Below, piece by piece: positions 11,739 through 24,429 of a stretch of 64,000 bases of DNA. A model generated the notes under the pieces. The model saw only the letters and a list, made by a program, of their open reading frames with translations. It ran no database searches and was not told the origin of the DNA. Both the position numbers and the translations under genes were made by a program. Source of the stretch: Malacoraja senta (taxonomy: Eukaryota); contig CM075978.1 of assembly GCA_038087875.1 (NCBI GenBank), forward strand, positions 192,572,001 to 192,636,000, written 5' to 3'. Within the stretch, counting starts at the first letter, position 1. Every line of letters starts with the position of its first letter.

Positions 11739-11779
11739 GACATGCGTTAAAATTAGGTGCTCGACTCCAGTTACAGTAA
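11739..11779 (+). CDS. NCOA5-like gene, probable terminal coding exon (GHALKLGARLQLQ*)
   Basis: Acceptor cttttcattttacttcag, phase-1 compatible, TAA at 11777-11779. It is followed by ~0.8 kb of repeat-free AT-rich sequence. Confidence 0.6.
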
Positions 11780-12630
11780 AGAATGACAACTTTGAAGCAT
11801 TAGAATGCATACTGCTTTGGAATAGTTTGTACCTTCAACACAAGATTATTTGATGAACACCAGAAGATTACAACATCATACCGTACTAATACCATGGGAC
11901 ACCTTGATGAATAGTCACAGACTGTGAATTGTAAACTCTAGTATTTTAGCATTTTAAAGCGATCCCATTATAAGTTCAAATTTATTTTAAAGATGTATGC
12001 CCAATGTCATGTACAAGGACCATTTTTATTGTAATTTATCAACGTCGCCATGAATAGTTTTGAAAAGATTGGGGAACGCCTTTGATAAATGTATCTTTTG
12101 CGATAGTTGTTTGTTTCATTTGTTAGATGTTTGTTGAAAAAAACTTCCCTCTGTTCTCAAGAACCTCTTTTACAAGGTTATACTGTTTGGTGATTTTTTA
12201 AAATATATTTGGAGACATGAAATATGCTCTCCAATACTTTTGGAATACACACTCTTCCATGTGAGTATATCTATTAAAGATAAATTGAGCAAACATCACC
12301 ATGCAACATAATCTTGGCCGGATTTGTACAACTGTTCACTTGACTGCTTTTGTACTGAGCATTGTTATAGGGGGGTGCATTGATTTACTGAGAACCAAAA
12401 TGTTCCGTATATTCCAATTAAAGTAATTAAATTTATTTAATGTATTGATATACACCTGTTAAATGAAGTTTCTAATTATTTTCAAGAACAGCTGAAGGGT
12501 GGAAACTGGAGAACCATTTTGGAAACCAGAGTTTTCAGTGTTACATCGTGAGACTTTTTAAGGGGTGTCTTTTGTAATTGGAAAAAAAAAAGGTGGTATT
12601 TGAATGGAATAAAGATTCCACTTTTGTTTA
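11780..12630 (+). other. Probable 3' UTR of the NCOA5-like gene with candidate poly(A) signal AATAAA at 12608-12613
   Basis: TE-free AU-rich tract after the stop codon. The AATAAA is followed by T/GT-rich sequence. ATTAAA alternatives lie near 12273 and 12417. Confidence 0.45.
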
Positions 12631-14724
12631 AACCCGCAAATTATTTGGTGCAGCATGTTTTATGTTTGATTTAAAGTAGAGAGGAAAGTGTTAGGTAATC
12701 CAACTCTGGTTCATGTTTTCTTGTGTTTGCACTTAACCACTTTATCAACAAACAATATTTTGTTGGTTCTTTTAATTTTTCCCTTTCAGTTCGGAAGTTG
12801 CAAACTTTTTGTTTTTAATGCTCTCTCTTGAGTTGCCTATTTTGAGGTTAAAACTCAATGTATTCTCACTGTTCCATGTTCTTCCCTGAGAATTGTAGAT
12901 CTTTTTTCATTTTTTCCACATTTTTAAAACCTTTTCTTTCAAAGGATTACCTATCCGCCTGTCATGCCTTGTTCTTCACTGGTGTCCGTTTCTTTGCCGG
13001 TTTCTCAATCCAGAGGAGAATGAATCCAATGCTTTTGGGGTAATTCGCTTCAGTGAGATGAGTAATATTCTTCCCCTTTGTTTTTAAGAGAAAAGCTAAA
13101 ATTGTTGTTCTTACTGAATACTTTGCCCTGTATAGGAAAATAACCACATTCCATAATATATACTGCAGGTTTGGGTGGTTACAAATGTTTTTTTTTGTTG
13201 CGTGGGGCAATACTTACCGGTAAAGAGTGGAATGTTAGTATTTTATCAGATAGTTGCATACTAACCAGCAAAATATTTTGTAATGGTCCTGAAGTAAAGA
13301 AATTAAAAATCTTAAGGACATTTGAATTACTTGTTGCCATCTTTTCCATCTCTACATTTGATGAATGTTAAATCTTATTGAAACCTTAATAAGGAAACAT
13401 GGTTTTGTAATAGCTTTTACCAAATAGGGAAGAATTCCTGTTTAACTTCGGTAGTAATTTGAATGATTGGTCACAAAGAATTGATTTTTCATAATTTTTG
13501 CATTGAAGGGTTAAACGTATACTTGGTAAGTTGTTTCATTGCAACACAATGTAAAATGAAGTGGCTGATGACGTAGTTCTATTTGTGCCTCAGTGCCAAA
13601 GATCTCTTCAAAAATGGTCCTCATTGGGTAGGTTAATTGGAAAATGCACAACAAATAATCTTGTGTCTTAATCATTTCACAGCCCCCAACTTTGCTTAAA
13701 AGAGAGAAGCAGCATGAACTCGCAAGTAGTTACTAGGCGAATAGTTAAGTATGGCTAGGTATCTGGTGCCACCTCATACGTAGCATATTTGGATATCTAT
13801 ATGAATCCTTCCACCTTGGAACCCCTCAAAATGGATCCAGCTAAGGCTTAACGGTGGCACTGTAACTGGATTCAATGAGCTTGATCAGATCCAGTCCACT
13901 TACTGAACTCGGCTTCTGCCTATTTTAATCTAGTCCTGACATTTTATGAGAGCAGTCTCCATTATACATACAAAACCACACATGACTTTGCTTTGTAGGA
14001 CGACTTGCCTCTTAAGGTTGTGGATCATGAAGCTCTCTGCAACACAACTCCAGGATGGTTAAGAGCACAATAGGAGTCTAGAAAGCTGACTTCATCTGGG
14101 CCCCATTGTGAGAGCAATCAAGTTAGTTCCACGTCCCTGGCCTGCATGGTTCAGCTAGTATTCTCTTAGATCATTATTCAGCTATCTGTTGAATGCAGGA
14201 ATTGAATAGTAAGATTAAACGAGAACTTACCTAAGTTTGAAGTTTGATCTTTATTTTATGAGGAGTTACGTAGGTGATTACGTGAAGAACCCCGCCAGTG
14301 CGCCTGCGCGTCAATCTTCAAAGCAGCGGTGTGAAATCACAAAAAACAACAACCGAAGTAATATAGTCTCATAATAAAACGAGTAATACAAGAACTTCCA
14401 TCTGACCTTTATGATAGAGGGTAGGGTCGTGGTGGGCACGTAATCACCTACGTAACTCCTCATAAAATAAAGATCAAACTTCAAACTTAGGTAAGTTCTC
14501 GTTTAATCTTACTATTTTACTTCGGAGTCACGTGAGTGACTACGTGAAGATTTTAAAGCTTTGTGATTTCATGCCGTAGATCAATCCCGGCTTCTCACTG
14601 CATTGATTGACTCGGAACGAGAATAATCAATCATGCATTCATAATAACATTTTTACCACAAATGCAGTAATTCATTTCAATAATGAAATTAATCAGATCC
14701 CCTTTAAACCAGAGGAATTTACAC

Positions 14725-15640
14725 AGAACTTAAAATAGTTTCTGCAAACAATCCCGCATTAACAATAGGTCGATGGTAAAAATGTTGAAACATCAACTCA
14801 TTGGACCACCCAGCGGCTGCGAGGATATGGTCAACGGGGACGTCTTTTGCCCTGGCCGCCGACGTTTCTGCTGCCCAAGCCGAATGAGACGTAAAAACAT
14901 CAGTGTTAATACCAGCAGCTGTTAAGACTTCTTTTATCCATCTGGAAATAGTCTGTACTGAAACTCTTGTGTGTAATCAACAACCCAGTTTCTGTATTTC
15001 TCAAATTCTTTGTGACCTCAATGTATTGTAACAAATATGTCTTAACACAGAGACAAGGATCATTTGGATATGCTGCTAGCACAATTTTAAATCCTGTCAC
15101 ACCTGGCCTACTTTGCTTTAGTAGGTCATGGATATAGAATGTAACCTTGTCTTCAGTTACTTCCATCCTGTCTATTTGTAATTTTCCAAGTGTTTGCACT
15201 CGTGCTGTCACTAATGCCATAAGCATGACTACTTTCATACTGAGCTTGGCCAAAGGTAAAGACACACTTGGTGACCATTCACAAAGTAGTTTCAGTACCA
15301 CACTTACATCCCAGATTGTCATGTACCTAGGTTTCGGTGGTTTGGAATTAAAGATTCCTTTCATTAGTCTGGAAACAATTGGGTGTGACCCAATTGGGTT
15401 TCTTTCTGAATCCAGAACCAAATGTGAGGACAATGCACTTCTGGCTGAATTAATTGCACTACAACTCAGACCTTCATCATAATAAAGTTTTGACAGAAAT
15501 TCTAAACATTTGAAATATCTGCAGTACTATATTGCACATTCTTTTGTACACAGAACTCTTCCCATTTCTTAATATAAGAAAGGTACTGTTTTTGAGTGCT
15601 CTTCCTCCAGGCTGGTGTAAGCATGTCCACAGTACGCTCA
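14725..15640 (-). pseudogene. DIRS tyrosine recombinase (frameshifted)
   Basis: ORF 14906..15433 (HPIVSRLMKGIFNSKPPKPRYMTIWDV...LKQSRPG...LCV). The C-terminal SHS...ILAAAGWS...FQHFY segment lies at ~14760-14890 in another frame. Confidence 0.88.
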
Positions 15641-15668
15641 GACAGTCCTCGCCCCAGAAAAGGCCTTC

Positions 15669-16145
15669 TTAAAACCTGCAAATCAACAAATCCAAACGAT
15701 CATATAATGGATGTTGTTCCCCTGTTACAGGGTGCAGCAATAAATTACTCCTTTTTGGGACTTTCATCAACATTTGTGTTGTTAATTCTAATATCAACGA
15801 ATACCATGGCTGTGTAGGCCAATCTGGTACTACCAATACCCCTGAAGCAGCATCTTGCCTGATTTTAAGCAAACATTGGCTTATGAGGCAGAAAGGTGGA
15901 AATATATATGAAAACATACCACCCCAATGTAGCGAGAAAGCATCAATCGCCACTGCTCCTGGATCTGGTTCCCATGAGACATATCTCGATAGCTGATGAT
16001 TCAAGTCGATGTCGGGCATTCCAAATCTGATTACTATATCATTGAATACCTCTCGATTCAACATCCATTCTTTATTATCATGGAGCTTTCGTGACCTGGT
16101 GTCTGCTATCGTGTTCATTCTACCTGGTAGATAGCTGAAATCCAA
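15669..16145 (-). pseudogene. DIRS pol C-terminal region with methyltransferase-like domain
   Basis: YLPGRMNTIADTRSR (end of RNase H), then DAFSLHW..YIFPPF..LVVPDWPTQPWY, the DIRS MT-like signature. Confidence 0.85.
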
Positions 16146-17560
16146 ATGTTCTTTTCAATACACCAAGACCAAAGTTGATGAGCCATTTTGTCACATGACA
16201 CCGACTTAATTCCACCCATATCATTAATATAGGCAACTGCTGTTGTGTTTATCAATTTGAACTTGAACATGCCTTTTAGTTGTGTTAGAACAATAAGCTT
16301 GGAGTCCATAGAAACATCCTAAAAGCTCCAAATAGTTAATTCCCCATGTCTGCAGTAACAATGGCTCTTCCTGATTCCATCTGCCTCCGCAGCTAGATGT
16401 TGAGTCAGTTGCACCCCATCCTAGTGCACTGGCATCAGTTTGTAATATCATGGAAGGTTGTTCAATCAGCACTTTGCCGGAACTGCTTGAGACATGTAGA
16501 ATCCACCACTGCAGATCAGAAACAGCATTTGTTGTTAGTTGCATGGTTCTATCAAAATGACCAGCATTCATTCTCAGTGCCTGTTCTTTAACTCTCTGCA
16601 GCTGTTGATAATGTAATGGTCCGTACTGGACTGCTGGGAATCTACTAATTTTCCCAGTACTTGAGCCACCTGTCTGATTAAGGGTTTTTCCTCGTTTAAT
16701 AGATTACTGCAATCTTTAATCAACTCCACCCTTTTTTCACTGGGCAAAGTAATTTTCATTTGGGCTGAATCAATTGTGAACCCCAAATAATCAATCGAGG
16801 TACATGTTGTTAACCTTGATTTCTTTGGATGAATTTAGAAAATCCCAACTTTCAAAAGTTGATTTCACAACTGCAACAGATGCTTCTGTTGACTGTTTTG
16901 TCTTTCCTATAACCAGGACATCATCCAAGTATGCCATTAGTACATGCCCCTGGCTTCTCAGCAACCCCAGAATTGATTTTAACAATTTTGTGAATATTCT
17001 GGGAGCGGACGTTAACCCATTAGGCAGAGCTTTGAACTGCCCTAACTGGTTCATCCATGTAAATTTAAGATACTTCATATCTTCCAAGAGAACAGACATT
17101 GAATAATATACATCTTTTAAATCTATAGTTGCCATAAAACATGCTTCTGAGATAAGTTGTTTGGCAGTACAAATGTCTCCATTTTAAAATGTCTAACTTG
17201 AACAAAAGGATTCAGACTTGTCAAGTCTATAATAATCCTACATCCTCCATCCTTTTTTGATCGAGGGAATCTATTTGACACAAATTGGTGAATTGGGTAG
17301 ACTGATTCTTCAATAACACCTTTTATATATAGGGTTTGAAGCGCAGCTTGAACCTCCATCAATTCTTTGTGTGCAAAGTGGAGAGTTCTGCTAGGAACAT
17401 GCTGGACAGGCAAATCATAATTTGGATTGAATTCAATTCGAAATCCTTGTATATTATTCAGAATTATCACATCTGAAGTAATCTTCTTCCAATTGTTATA
17501 GAAGAGACGCAATCTGCCTCCAACTTTTGGACTTAATCCGGTCAGTATGTTCCCATGAGA
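16115..17560 (-). pseudogene. DIRS reverse transcriptase / RNase H (multiple frameshifts)
   Basis: VGGRL..F...W, KKDGGCRIIIDL..LN, IDLKDVYY, LPNGLTSAPRIFTK, YLDD, TDASALGWG and INYLEL motifs spread over several ORFs. Confidence 0.92.
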
Positions 17561-17699
17561 ACCAGGTCCACCTACCTCTTGAGTCATTTGAGTACTCTGA
17601 GATCCCTGGATTCTCCCGGAAGCAGCACCACTGGTTCTTGCTCCCGCTGCAGGCCGCCAGCTACGTCCCTGCGTTGATGAGCGACTTGGTCCTGGTCCA

Positions 17700-18758
17700 G
17701 GATCCGTATGACGTCTGAAAGGATACTTCCTCTTTACAGACTTTACAACCATTGATGTTTTCATCAATCCTGTTTTCGCTTCATCTTCCAACTCTCCCGA
17801 GATCCTCTCCAAAGAGTAAGTTGGGTAATTGTATATTACTTGGTTTGCAGAGTGCTGCGAATTTTGGATTCATAGTAGGCCGTATAGCACCTTCCTCAGA
17901 CAATTGATCTTGAAGTGGGTGCTGCATAGCAACCCCAGTGCTTCCTGATGCAACTCTGTCATCTCTTGGCTGTTATCCGCTATTCTGGCAAAAGCAGTTA
18001 TTCCAGAACCCAGCAGCTTTAATATTCTCTGCAATTTCAATTCCTGAGTTCTCATAGTCATACTCAACTGATTCCAGATAATTTGGTTCACTGCTGGTGC
18101 TTTCAGCAACACACAGTTACTTGGGGTCTCATGTTTTCTTGCAGTCTCATCCATCTCCTGCTGTTCCAGCTGATGGGAAACCAAGTAATTTATTAGGGAG
18201 GCCAATTATTCTCCTAATGGCTCTCCTGACCCTGACGGGCCAGCGAATTGTACTGCCAGGGATGGAACATCTGGCAGCTGCCGTTCTTCGCCTTGTACAG
18301 CCTCACCGTCAGAGTCGGGGTCTGAAATCTCATGATCCGTAGCACGCTCCTCATCCCTGAGGGTGCATTCTATCAACCCTGTACCAGGAGCTGTTGAGCT
18401 GCTTCCAGCAGCTTGGATTTCAGTACACTCTTGCCTGAGTGTGCTTCGCTTCAACAGCCTATGTAGCAGGCTTTCCATTTGGGCAATACGCTCAAAAGCA
18501 GTATTAATCCCTGGAGCTACTTCCATTTCCATTTCCTGGGACTCCTCCTCCGTGGCCCGTTTCGATCTGAACTTGGCCTTGCGCCCGACAGGCGCTGACT
18601 GCCCCAGGTCCACAGTCGCTATACTCACCGCTGGCGACTGTACCGAGGTTTAGAGGCGGTTGGTCGCTAACCTCAGACTCCCGACTTTCTGTCGGCTGAG
18701 TCGCTCGCCTCTTCCCCCTGCCCGTTTTTTCCATGGCGTCTGTGGAAAAAATCCCCAC
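17700..18758 (-). pseudogene. DIRS ORF1 (gag-like), fragmented
   Basis: ORFs 18504..18758, 18206..18628 and 17870..18205 lie upstream of pol. They include a PSNC..LKAPAVN..IW motif. Confidence 0.65.
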
Positions 18759-19500
18759 AGACCCACAGTAAACGGACCTGGAAATACTGAAAAACGTTTT
18801 TACTTACCTTGTAGTTAAAAAACTACAAATCCATAGAGGAGCTCTGCTCCTCGCGTCCGTTTGCGTCAAGGCGTCTGACGTAATGACGCGCAGGCGCACT
18901 GGCGGGGTTCTTCACGTAGTCACTCACGTGACTCTGAAGTAAAATCTGCATTCTCCTAAACATTCAGTGTCTTAAAATAAAAATCTGCCTTGGGTTACTT
19001 GGTTCGAATGCAAATTGGTTTAATACTCTGTCCCTCACACCTAATTGGTCCACAGAATGGAAACATCTCGCTATCCACTGTTTCTACCATTCATGATTTT
19101 AAATACCTCGCTCAGAATTCCAAACACCATTCCCTTGCAAAAACAATCCTAGCGTCTCCTGTCTTTCACTTTTACTGAAGCCCCTCATCCCTGGAATTAT
19201 TTTGGTAAATCTCATCCAGGTCATTTCCATAGCTTTTAAATCTTATTGTGAAGTGCACTACTGGCCACACCATTATATCTGTGCCGAAAACCAATGTTTC
19301 ATGGAAGTTCATGATCTCTGCTACGCGGTAACCTTTGTTGCAAGACATCCATCAGGCGGTCTTGATTTTGGTCTGTGCAAAAATAATTTCGTAGTGTAGT
19401 GCATGTGATGTAAAAGTACAATTGAACCATTTAAGCTGTCATTGCCACTTTCGATGAACTTGCACCAATATATAAGATCCCCACGTATATTCTCAGAATG

Positions 19501-19775
19501 GGGCGACGCAGCGATAGAACCGCTGCCTGACAGCACCGGAGACCCGGGTTCAATCCTGATTACGGGTGTCGTCTGTACGGAGTTTGTACGTTCTCCCCGT
19601 GACCGCGTGGGTTTTCTCCGAGTTCTTCGCTTTCCTCCCGCACTCGAAAGACGTACAGGTTGGTAGGTTAATTGGTTGGTATAAATGTAAATTGTCTCAA
19701 GTGTGTGTAGGATAGTGTCAGTGTGTGAGGATCGGTGGGCCGAAGAGCCTGTTTCCGCACTCTCCAAACTAAGCT
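19501..19775 (+). mobile_element. V-SINE (HE1-like)
   Basis: Same head, V-domain and tail as 2059-2362. Confidence 0.85.
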
Positions 19776-19884
19776 AATTGTTCTCTCCATATTACTACTT
19801 CATTCTTAAAATATAACAGTGCATTTCCAGTGTTAAATTCGCCGTCGGCCATCAGTCATTCCACCTGCCTGTCACATTTCCCAT

Positions 19885-20512
19885 ACTTCACAGATGGTCA
19901 TGAAAAATTGCAGCAGAATCTTGATTGATTGGCCAGGTGGGCTGAGGAATGGTTGCAAAGGAATGTAATGCAGAGAAATGCGAGGTGCTGCATTTTGGGA
20001 AGTCTAACATGGGTAGGACGTACACAGCCAGAGTATTGAGAATAGAAGTTGGGAGGTCATGTTGCAATTGTATACAGTAAGACCTTGGTGAGGCTGCATT
20101 TAGAGTATTGTGTTCAGTTCTGGGCACCGTGTTATAGGAAAGATGTCAAGCTGGAAAGGGTACAGAGAAGATTTCCAAGAATGTTGCCAGGACTAGTGAG
20201 CCACAGGGAAAGGTTGGATAGGCTGGGACTCTATTCCTTGGAGCGCAGGAGGATGAGGGGTGATCTTATAGAGGTGTATAAGATCGTGGAAGGAATAGAT
20301 TGGGTACATGCGCAGAGTCACTTGCCCAGAGTAGGTGCATTGATGATCAGAGGACATAGGTTTAAGGTGAAGGGGAAAAGATTTAATAGGAATCTGAGCG
20401 GTAGCTTTTTCACACAAAGGTTGGTGGTTGTATGGAACAAGCTGCCAGAGGAGGTAGTTGAGGCTGGGACTATTTAATAAAAGTTGAACAGGTGCATGGA
20501 TAGGACAGGTTT
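19885..20512 (+). mobile_element. CR1 LINE 3' fragment, continued at 21645-21755 after a Rex1 insertion
   Basis: ORF 20049..20477 is the CR1 ORF2 C-terminus. The CR1 tail resumes at ~21648. Confidence 0.85.
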
Positions 20513-21645
20513 GAATGAATACTTTATTGTCATTATAACATGTAAACATGTACAACGAAATTAAAAATGCCAACTAGTCAGTGCACCATTCACACATTTT
20601 CTAAAAGCAAATGTCTAAAATAAACAACTAAAATAAATAACATGAAAAAAAAACAAGCATAGACACACAACCATACATTCTTCTGTCGATTTCACAGTCC
20701 CTTTGGTGTGTAGCACACCTGCGCTCATTTGGTGGGTACATTAAATGTAGTTATTGCTGTGGGATAAAAACTGTTTTTGAGTCTGTTTGTCCTTGTCCTC
20801 ATTGATCTGTACCGTCTGCCTGATGGCAACAGTTCAAACAGGGAGTGACCGGGGTGGAAAATGTCCTTTATGATGTTCTGGGATTTTTCGAGACAGTTGG
20901 AACTGTGTAAGTCCTCCAAGGTGATGAGAGGGCAGCCGATAATCTTCTGGGCGTTGTCAATAGCCCTCTGGAGCGCTTTCCTCTTAGCCGCTGTGCTAAG
21001 AGGAAAGCCGCTGTGCAGCTGGGTGTACCACACGCATACACAGTATGTTAAGATGCTCTCTATGGAGCACCGATAAAAGGATAGCAGCAGTCTCTGGGTG
21101 ATGTTGTTCTTCCTGAGCACCCTCAGGAAGTACAGTCTCTGCTGGACCTTTTTCAACAGGGCAGAGGTGTTCACGCTCCATGTCAGGTCCTCCTCAATGT
21201 GGATTCCCAGGAAGCAGAAATCCGCCACCCTCTCCACACAGTCCCCTCTGATGATTAGTGGTGTAATGTCCGTTTTCTTCTTCCTGTAATCTATTATGAG
21301 CTCCTTGGTCTTTGAGGTGTTGAGGAGCAGGTTATTTTCTCCACACCACCCTGTCAGCTGCTCCACCTCATCCCTGTATGCGTACTCATCCCCCCCAGAG
21401 ATGAGCCCCACCACCGTGGTGTCATCCGCGAATTTGACAATGGTGTTACTGTGGTGGGCGGGGGTGCAGTCATATGTGTAGATGGTGTAAAGCAGGGGGC
21501 TCAGCACGCAGCCCTGTGGAGAGCCGGTACTGAGGCTGAGGGCCGTGGATGTGTGATGGCCCTCTCTGACTGCGACCCGACAGGAAGCTCTTTATCCACA
21601 TGCAGGTGGAGTGTGGAAGTCCCAGGTCCCCCAGTTTGTCCACTG
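20513..21645 (-). mobile_element. Rex1/Babar LINE 3' portion (RT C-terminus) inserted in a CR1
   Basis: ORF 20725..21507 has [40 protein letters not shown] and QQRLYFLRVL. The 3' tail lies at ~20515. Confidence 0.88.
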
Positions 21646-22016
21646 GGGAAGGATATAGACCAAATGTGGGCCTGTGAGACTGGTGTAGCTGGGACATGTT
21701 GGCTGGTGTGGGCAAGTTGGGTCGAAGGGCCTGTTTCCAAACTGTATCCCTATGACACGTACCAAATTCTGTGTTGCCTATACATTTGGAAATTATACCC
21801 TGTATTCCCAAGTCTGAATTATTAATAATTATTAAAAGAAGCAGTGATTCTAACACTTTTGGGGAACACCATTTACATCCAATCGGAACGGCACAGTTGC
21901 GCTGCTGGTGGAGCTGCTGTCTCACAGCGCCAAAGACCCGGGTTTAATCCTGACCTTGGATGCTGTCTGAGGTGCTTGCACATTCTCCCTGTAGATTCCC
22001 CTCTTGGATTTCATTA

Positions 22017-22630
22017 GACAATAGACAACAGGTGCAGGAGTAGGCCATTCGGCCCTTCGAGCCAGCACCGCCATTCAATGTGATCATGGCTGATCATCCC
22101 CAATCAGTACCCCGTTCCTGCCTTCTCCCCATATCCCCTGACTCCGCTATCTTTAAGAGCCCTATCTAGCTCTCTCTTGAAAGCATCCAGAGAACCTGCT
22201 TCCACCGCCCTCTGAGGCAGAGAATTCCACAGACTCACCACTCTCTCTGAGAAAAAGTGTTTCCTCATCTCTGTTCTAAATGGCTTACTCCTTATTCTTA
22301 AACTGTGGCCCCTGGTTCTGGACTCCCCCAACATCGGGAACATGTTTCCTGCCTCTAACATGCCCAAACCCTTAACAATCTTATATGCTTCAATGAGATT
22401 CCCTGTCATTCTTCTAAACTCCAGAGTGTACAAGCCCAGCTGCTCCATTCTCTCAGCATATGACAGTCCCACAATCCCGGGAATTAACCTTGTAAACCTA
22501 CGCTGCACTCCATCAATAGCAAGAATGTCCTTCCTCAAATTAGGGGACAAAAACTGCACACAATACTCCAGGTGTGGTCTCACTAGGGCCCTATACAACT
22601 GCAAAAGGACCTCTTTGCTCCTATATTCAA
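22017..22630 (-). mobile_element. CR1 LINE 3' fragment inserted into a V-SINE (21889-21990 and 22632-22800)
   Basis: The 3' part of ORF 22104..22988 is a CR1 ORF2 C-terminus ending GYGEKAGTGY. SINE head and tail lie on either side. Confidence 0.85.
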
Positions 22631-23473
22631 TTCTCTCCCACATCCCAAAGACGTGCAGGTTTGTCATTAATTGACCTCTGTAAATTGCCCCTAGTGTGTT
22701 GGGAGTGAATGAGAAAGTGGGATAGCATAGAACGAGTGTGAAAGGGTGATTAATGGTCAGCGTGGGCCAAAGGGCCTGTTTCCATGCTGTATCTTTCAAC
22801 AACAACAAAAATCCGAAGAAGGGGTTCGGCCCGAAACGTTGCCTATTTCCTTCGCTCCACAGATGCTGCTGCACCCGCTGAGTTTCTCCAGCATTTTTGC
22901 CTACCAAAAAAAAAAAACATTTATTGCTTTCTGTAACCTGTTCTTTAAGTGATGTTTTATCCATACTGCACTGAGGCCTTTGTACCATAGATAGTCATGG
23001 GCATAGATGCTTGATGTCAAATAGGCTTGTTTTATTTTAAATAATTGTAAAGTGTAAATAATGTCAAGACTGACCACAAACATTAAATAGCTGTTCCTTT
23101 CACTTCATCTTTTTTTTAAACTCAAGGTCAGTTTTTGCAGGGTTGTGCCATCAGTACCAGCACTGAATGTGAAATGTGTGCAACCTCTCAGCACAGCATG
23201 TCAGCACTCTGCTGCCGGACTCCATGGTGAGGCTCGTGCCGGGCAGAAGGTCAGATACCCTGGCCTGTTGATTTCAGCGCGCACACATTGAGATGTCGAA
23301 GTCAGAGATGAGCTGGCCCTTGAGGAAAACCTAAGGCAGTGGTGAGCATGATCCAGGCCATTTTGTTGTCAGGTAACTGAGGTTTTGCGAATGACAAAAC
23401 ACCTACATACATACAAAACAGTCACACACAGACTGGTTGCGCCAATTTTAACTCTTTCAAGGACAGTCGGAAT

Positions 23474-23715
23474 GTTTAAGAAGGAACTGCAGATGCTGGA
23501 AAATCGAAGGTAGACGAAAGTGCTGGAGAAACTCAGCAGGTGCAGCAGCATCTATGGAGCGAAGGAAATAGGCAACGTTTCGGGCCGAAACCCGGAAGGG
23601 TTTCGGCCAGAAACGTTGCCTATTTCCTTCAGGGTTTCGGCCCGAAACCTTGCCTATTTCCTTCGCTCCATAGATGCTGCTGCACCCGCTGAGTTTCTCC
23701 AGCACTTTTGTCTAC
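23474..23715. mobile_element. Penelope-derived near-perfect palindrome
   Basis: Arms 23510-23592 and 23631-23715 are reverse complements, with a duplicated central segment. Confidence 0.8.
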
Positions 23716-23757
23716 AGTCAGAATGTTAAAGGTTCTGATGAAGTTGGAGAAAGTCAC

Positions 23758-24040
23758 AGTTTAGTTTAGTTTATTGTCACGTGTACTGAGGTCTAATGAA
23801 AAGCTTTTGTTGCGTGCTAACCAGTCAGCGGAAAGACAATACATGATTACAATCGATCCAATTACAGTGTATAGAAACATGATGAGGGAATAACGTTTAG
23901 TGCAAGGTAAAGCCAGCAGTCCGATCAAGCATAGTCCGAGGGTCATCAAAGAGGTAGATAGTAGTTCAGCACTGCTCTCTGGTTGTGGTAGGATGGTTCA
24001 GTTGCCTGATAACGGCTGGGAAGAAACTGTCCCTGAATGT
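23758..24040 (-). mobile_element. Non-LTR retroelement 3' fragment (Rex1-like tail, (CTAAA)n)
   Basis: TTTAGTTTAGTTTATTGTCAC tail. Homologous to 31348-32110. Confidence 0.65.
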
Positions 24041-24429
24041 GGTTGTCCTAAGGATTGGCAGGGTCTTAGATCATTGGTGTGCCATAAACTTTATTTCTCT
24101 CCTTGCTCCCTTAAAAAGACTGTAAATTAGATTTATTGTCTGAATTATTCAGATTTATTCACAAAAATTAAACAAGAGTGACTCATGAAGAATAGATTAC
24201 ACTTAGAATGACAACGACAAATGATGTTTGTTTTCAAAAAACAATGCTCCTGCCAGTGGTAAATATTTGTTTATTTTCTGCTGTAACAATACCAATATTT
24301 TCCAGTTCTATTTCCCACTGATATGTTTTCCAGTTCTATTTCCCACTGATATGTTTGCAACGTATTTTAATTTTGGTTTTCCTGGGGGGTTTAAATTATT
24401 ATTTAGCATTTGAAATCCATATACTTCCA

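Larger units (their letters stand above)
14205..18945 (-). mobile_element. DIRS1-type tyrosine-recombinase retrotransposon, structurally complete, ORFs disrupted
   Basis: Left ITR 18884-18945, right ITR plus extension 14205-14312, and internal complementary region 14437-14550 containing the end-to-end junction. Gag-like, RT (YLDD), RNase H, methyltransferase-like and YR fragments occur in canonical order. Confidence 0.95.

Noticed and set aside
14906-16145. Phage-like integrase plus methylase suggesting a prophage or bacterial contamination
   Set aside because: Both are standard DIRS1 domains lying between the ITRs alongside RT and RNase H.
22104-22988. 294-aa ORF as a novel gene
   Set aside because: It is a chance in-frame fusion of Penelope arm, SINE and CR1 ORF2 fragments.
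24297-24356. 28-bp tandem duplication upstream of the CR1 as its TSD
   Set aside because: Both copies are on the same side of the element, so it is a local slippage duplication.
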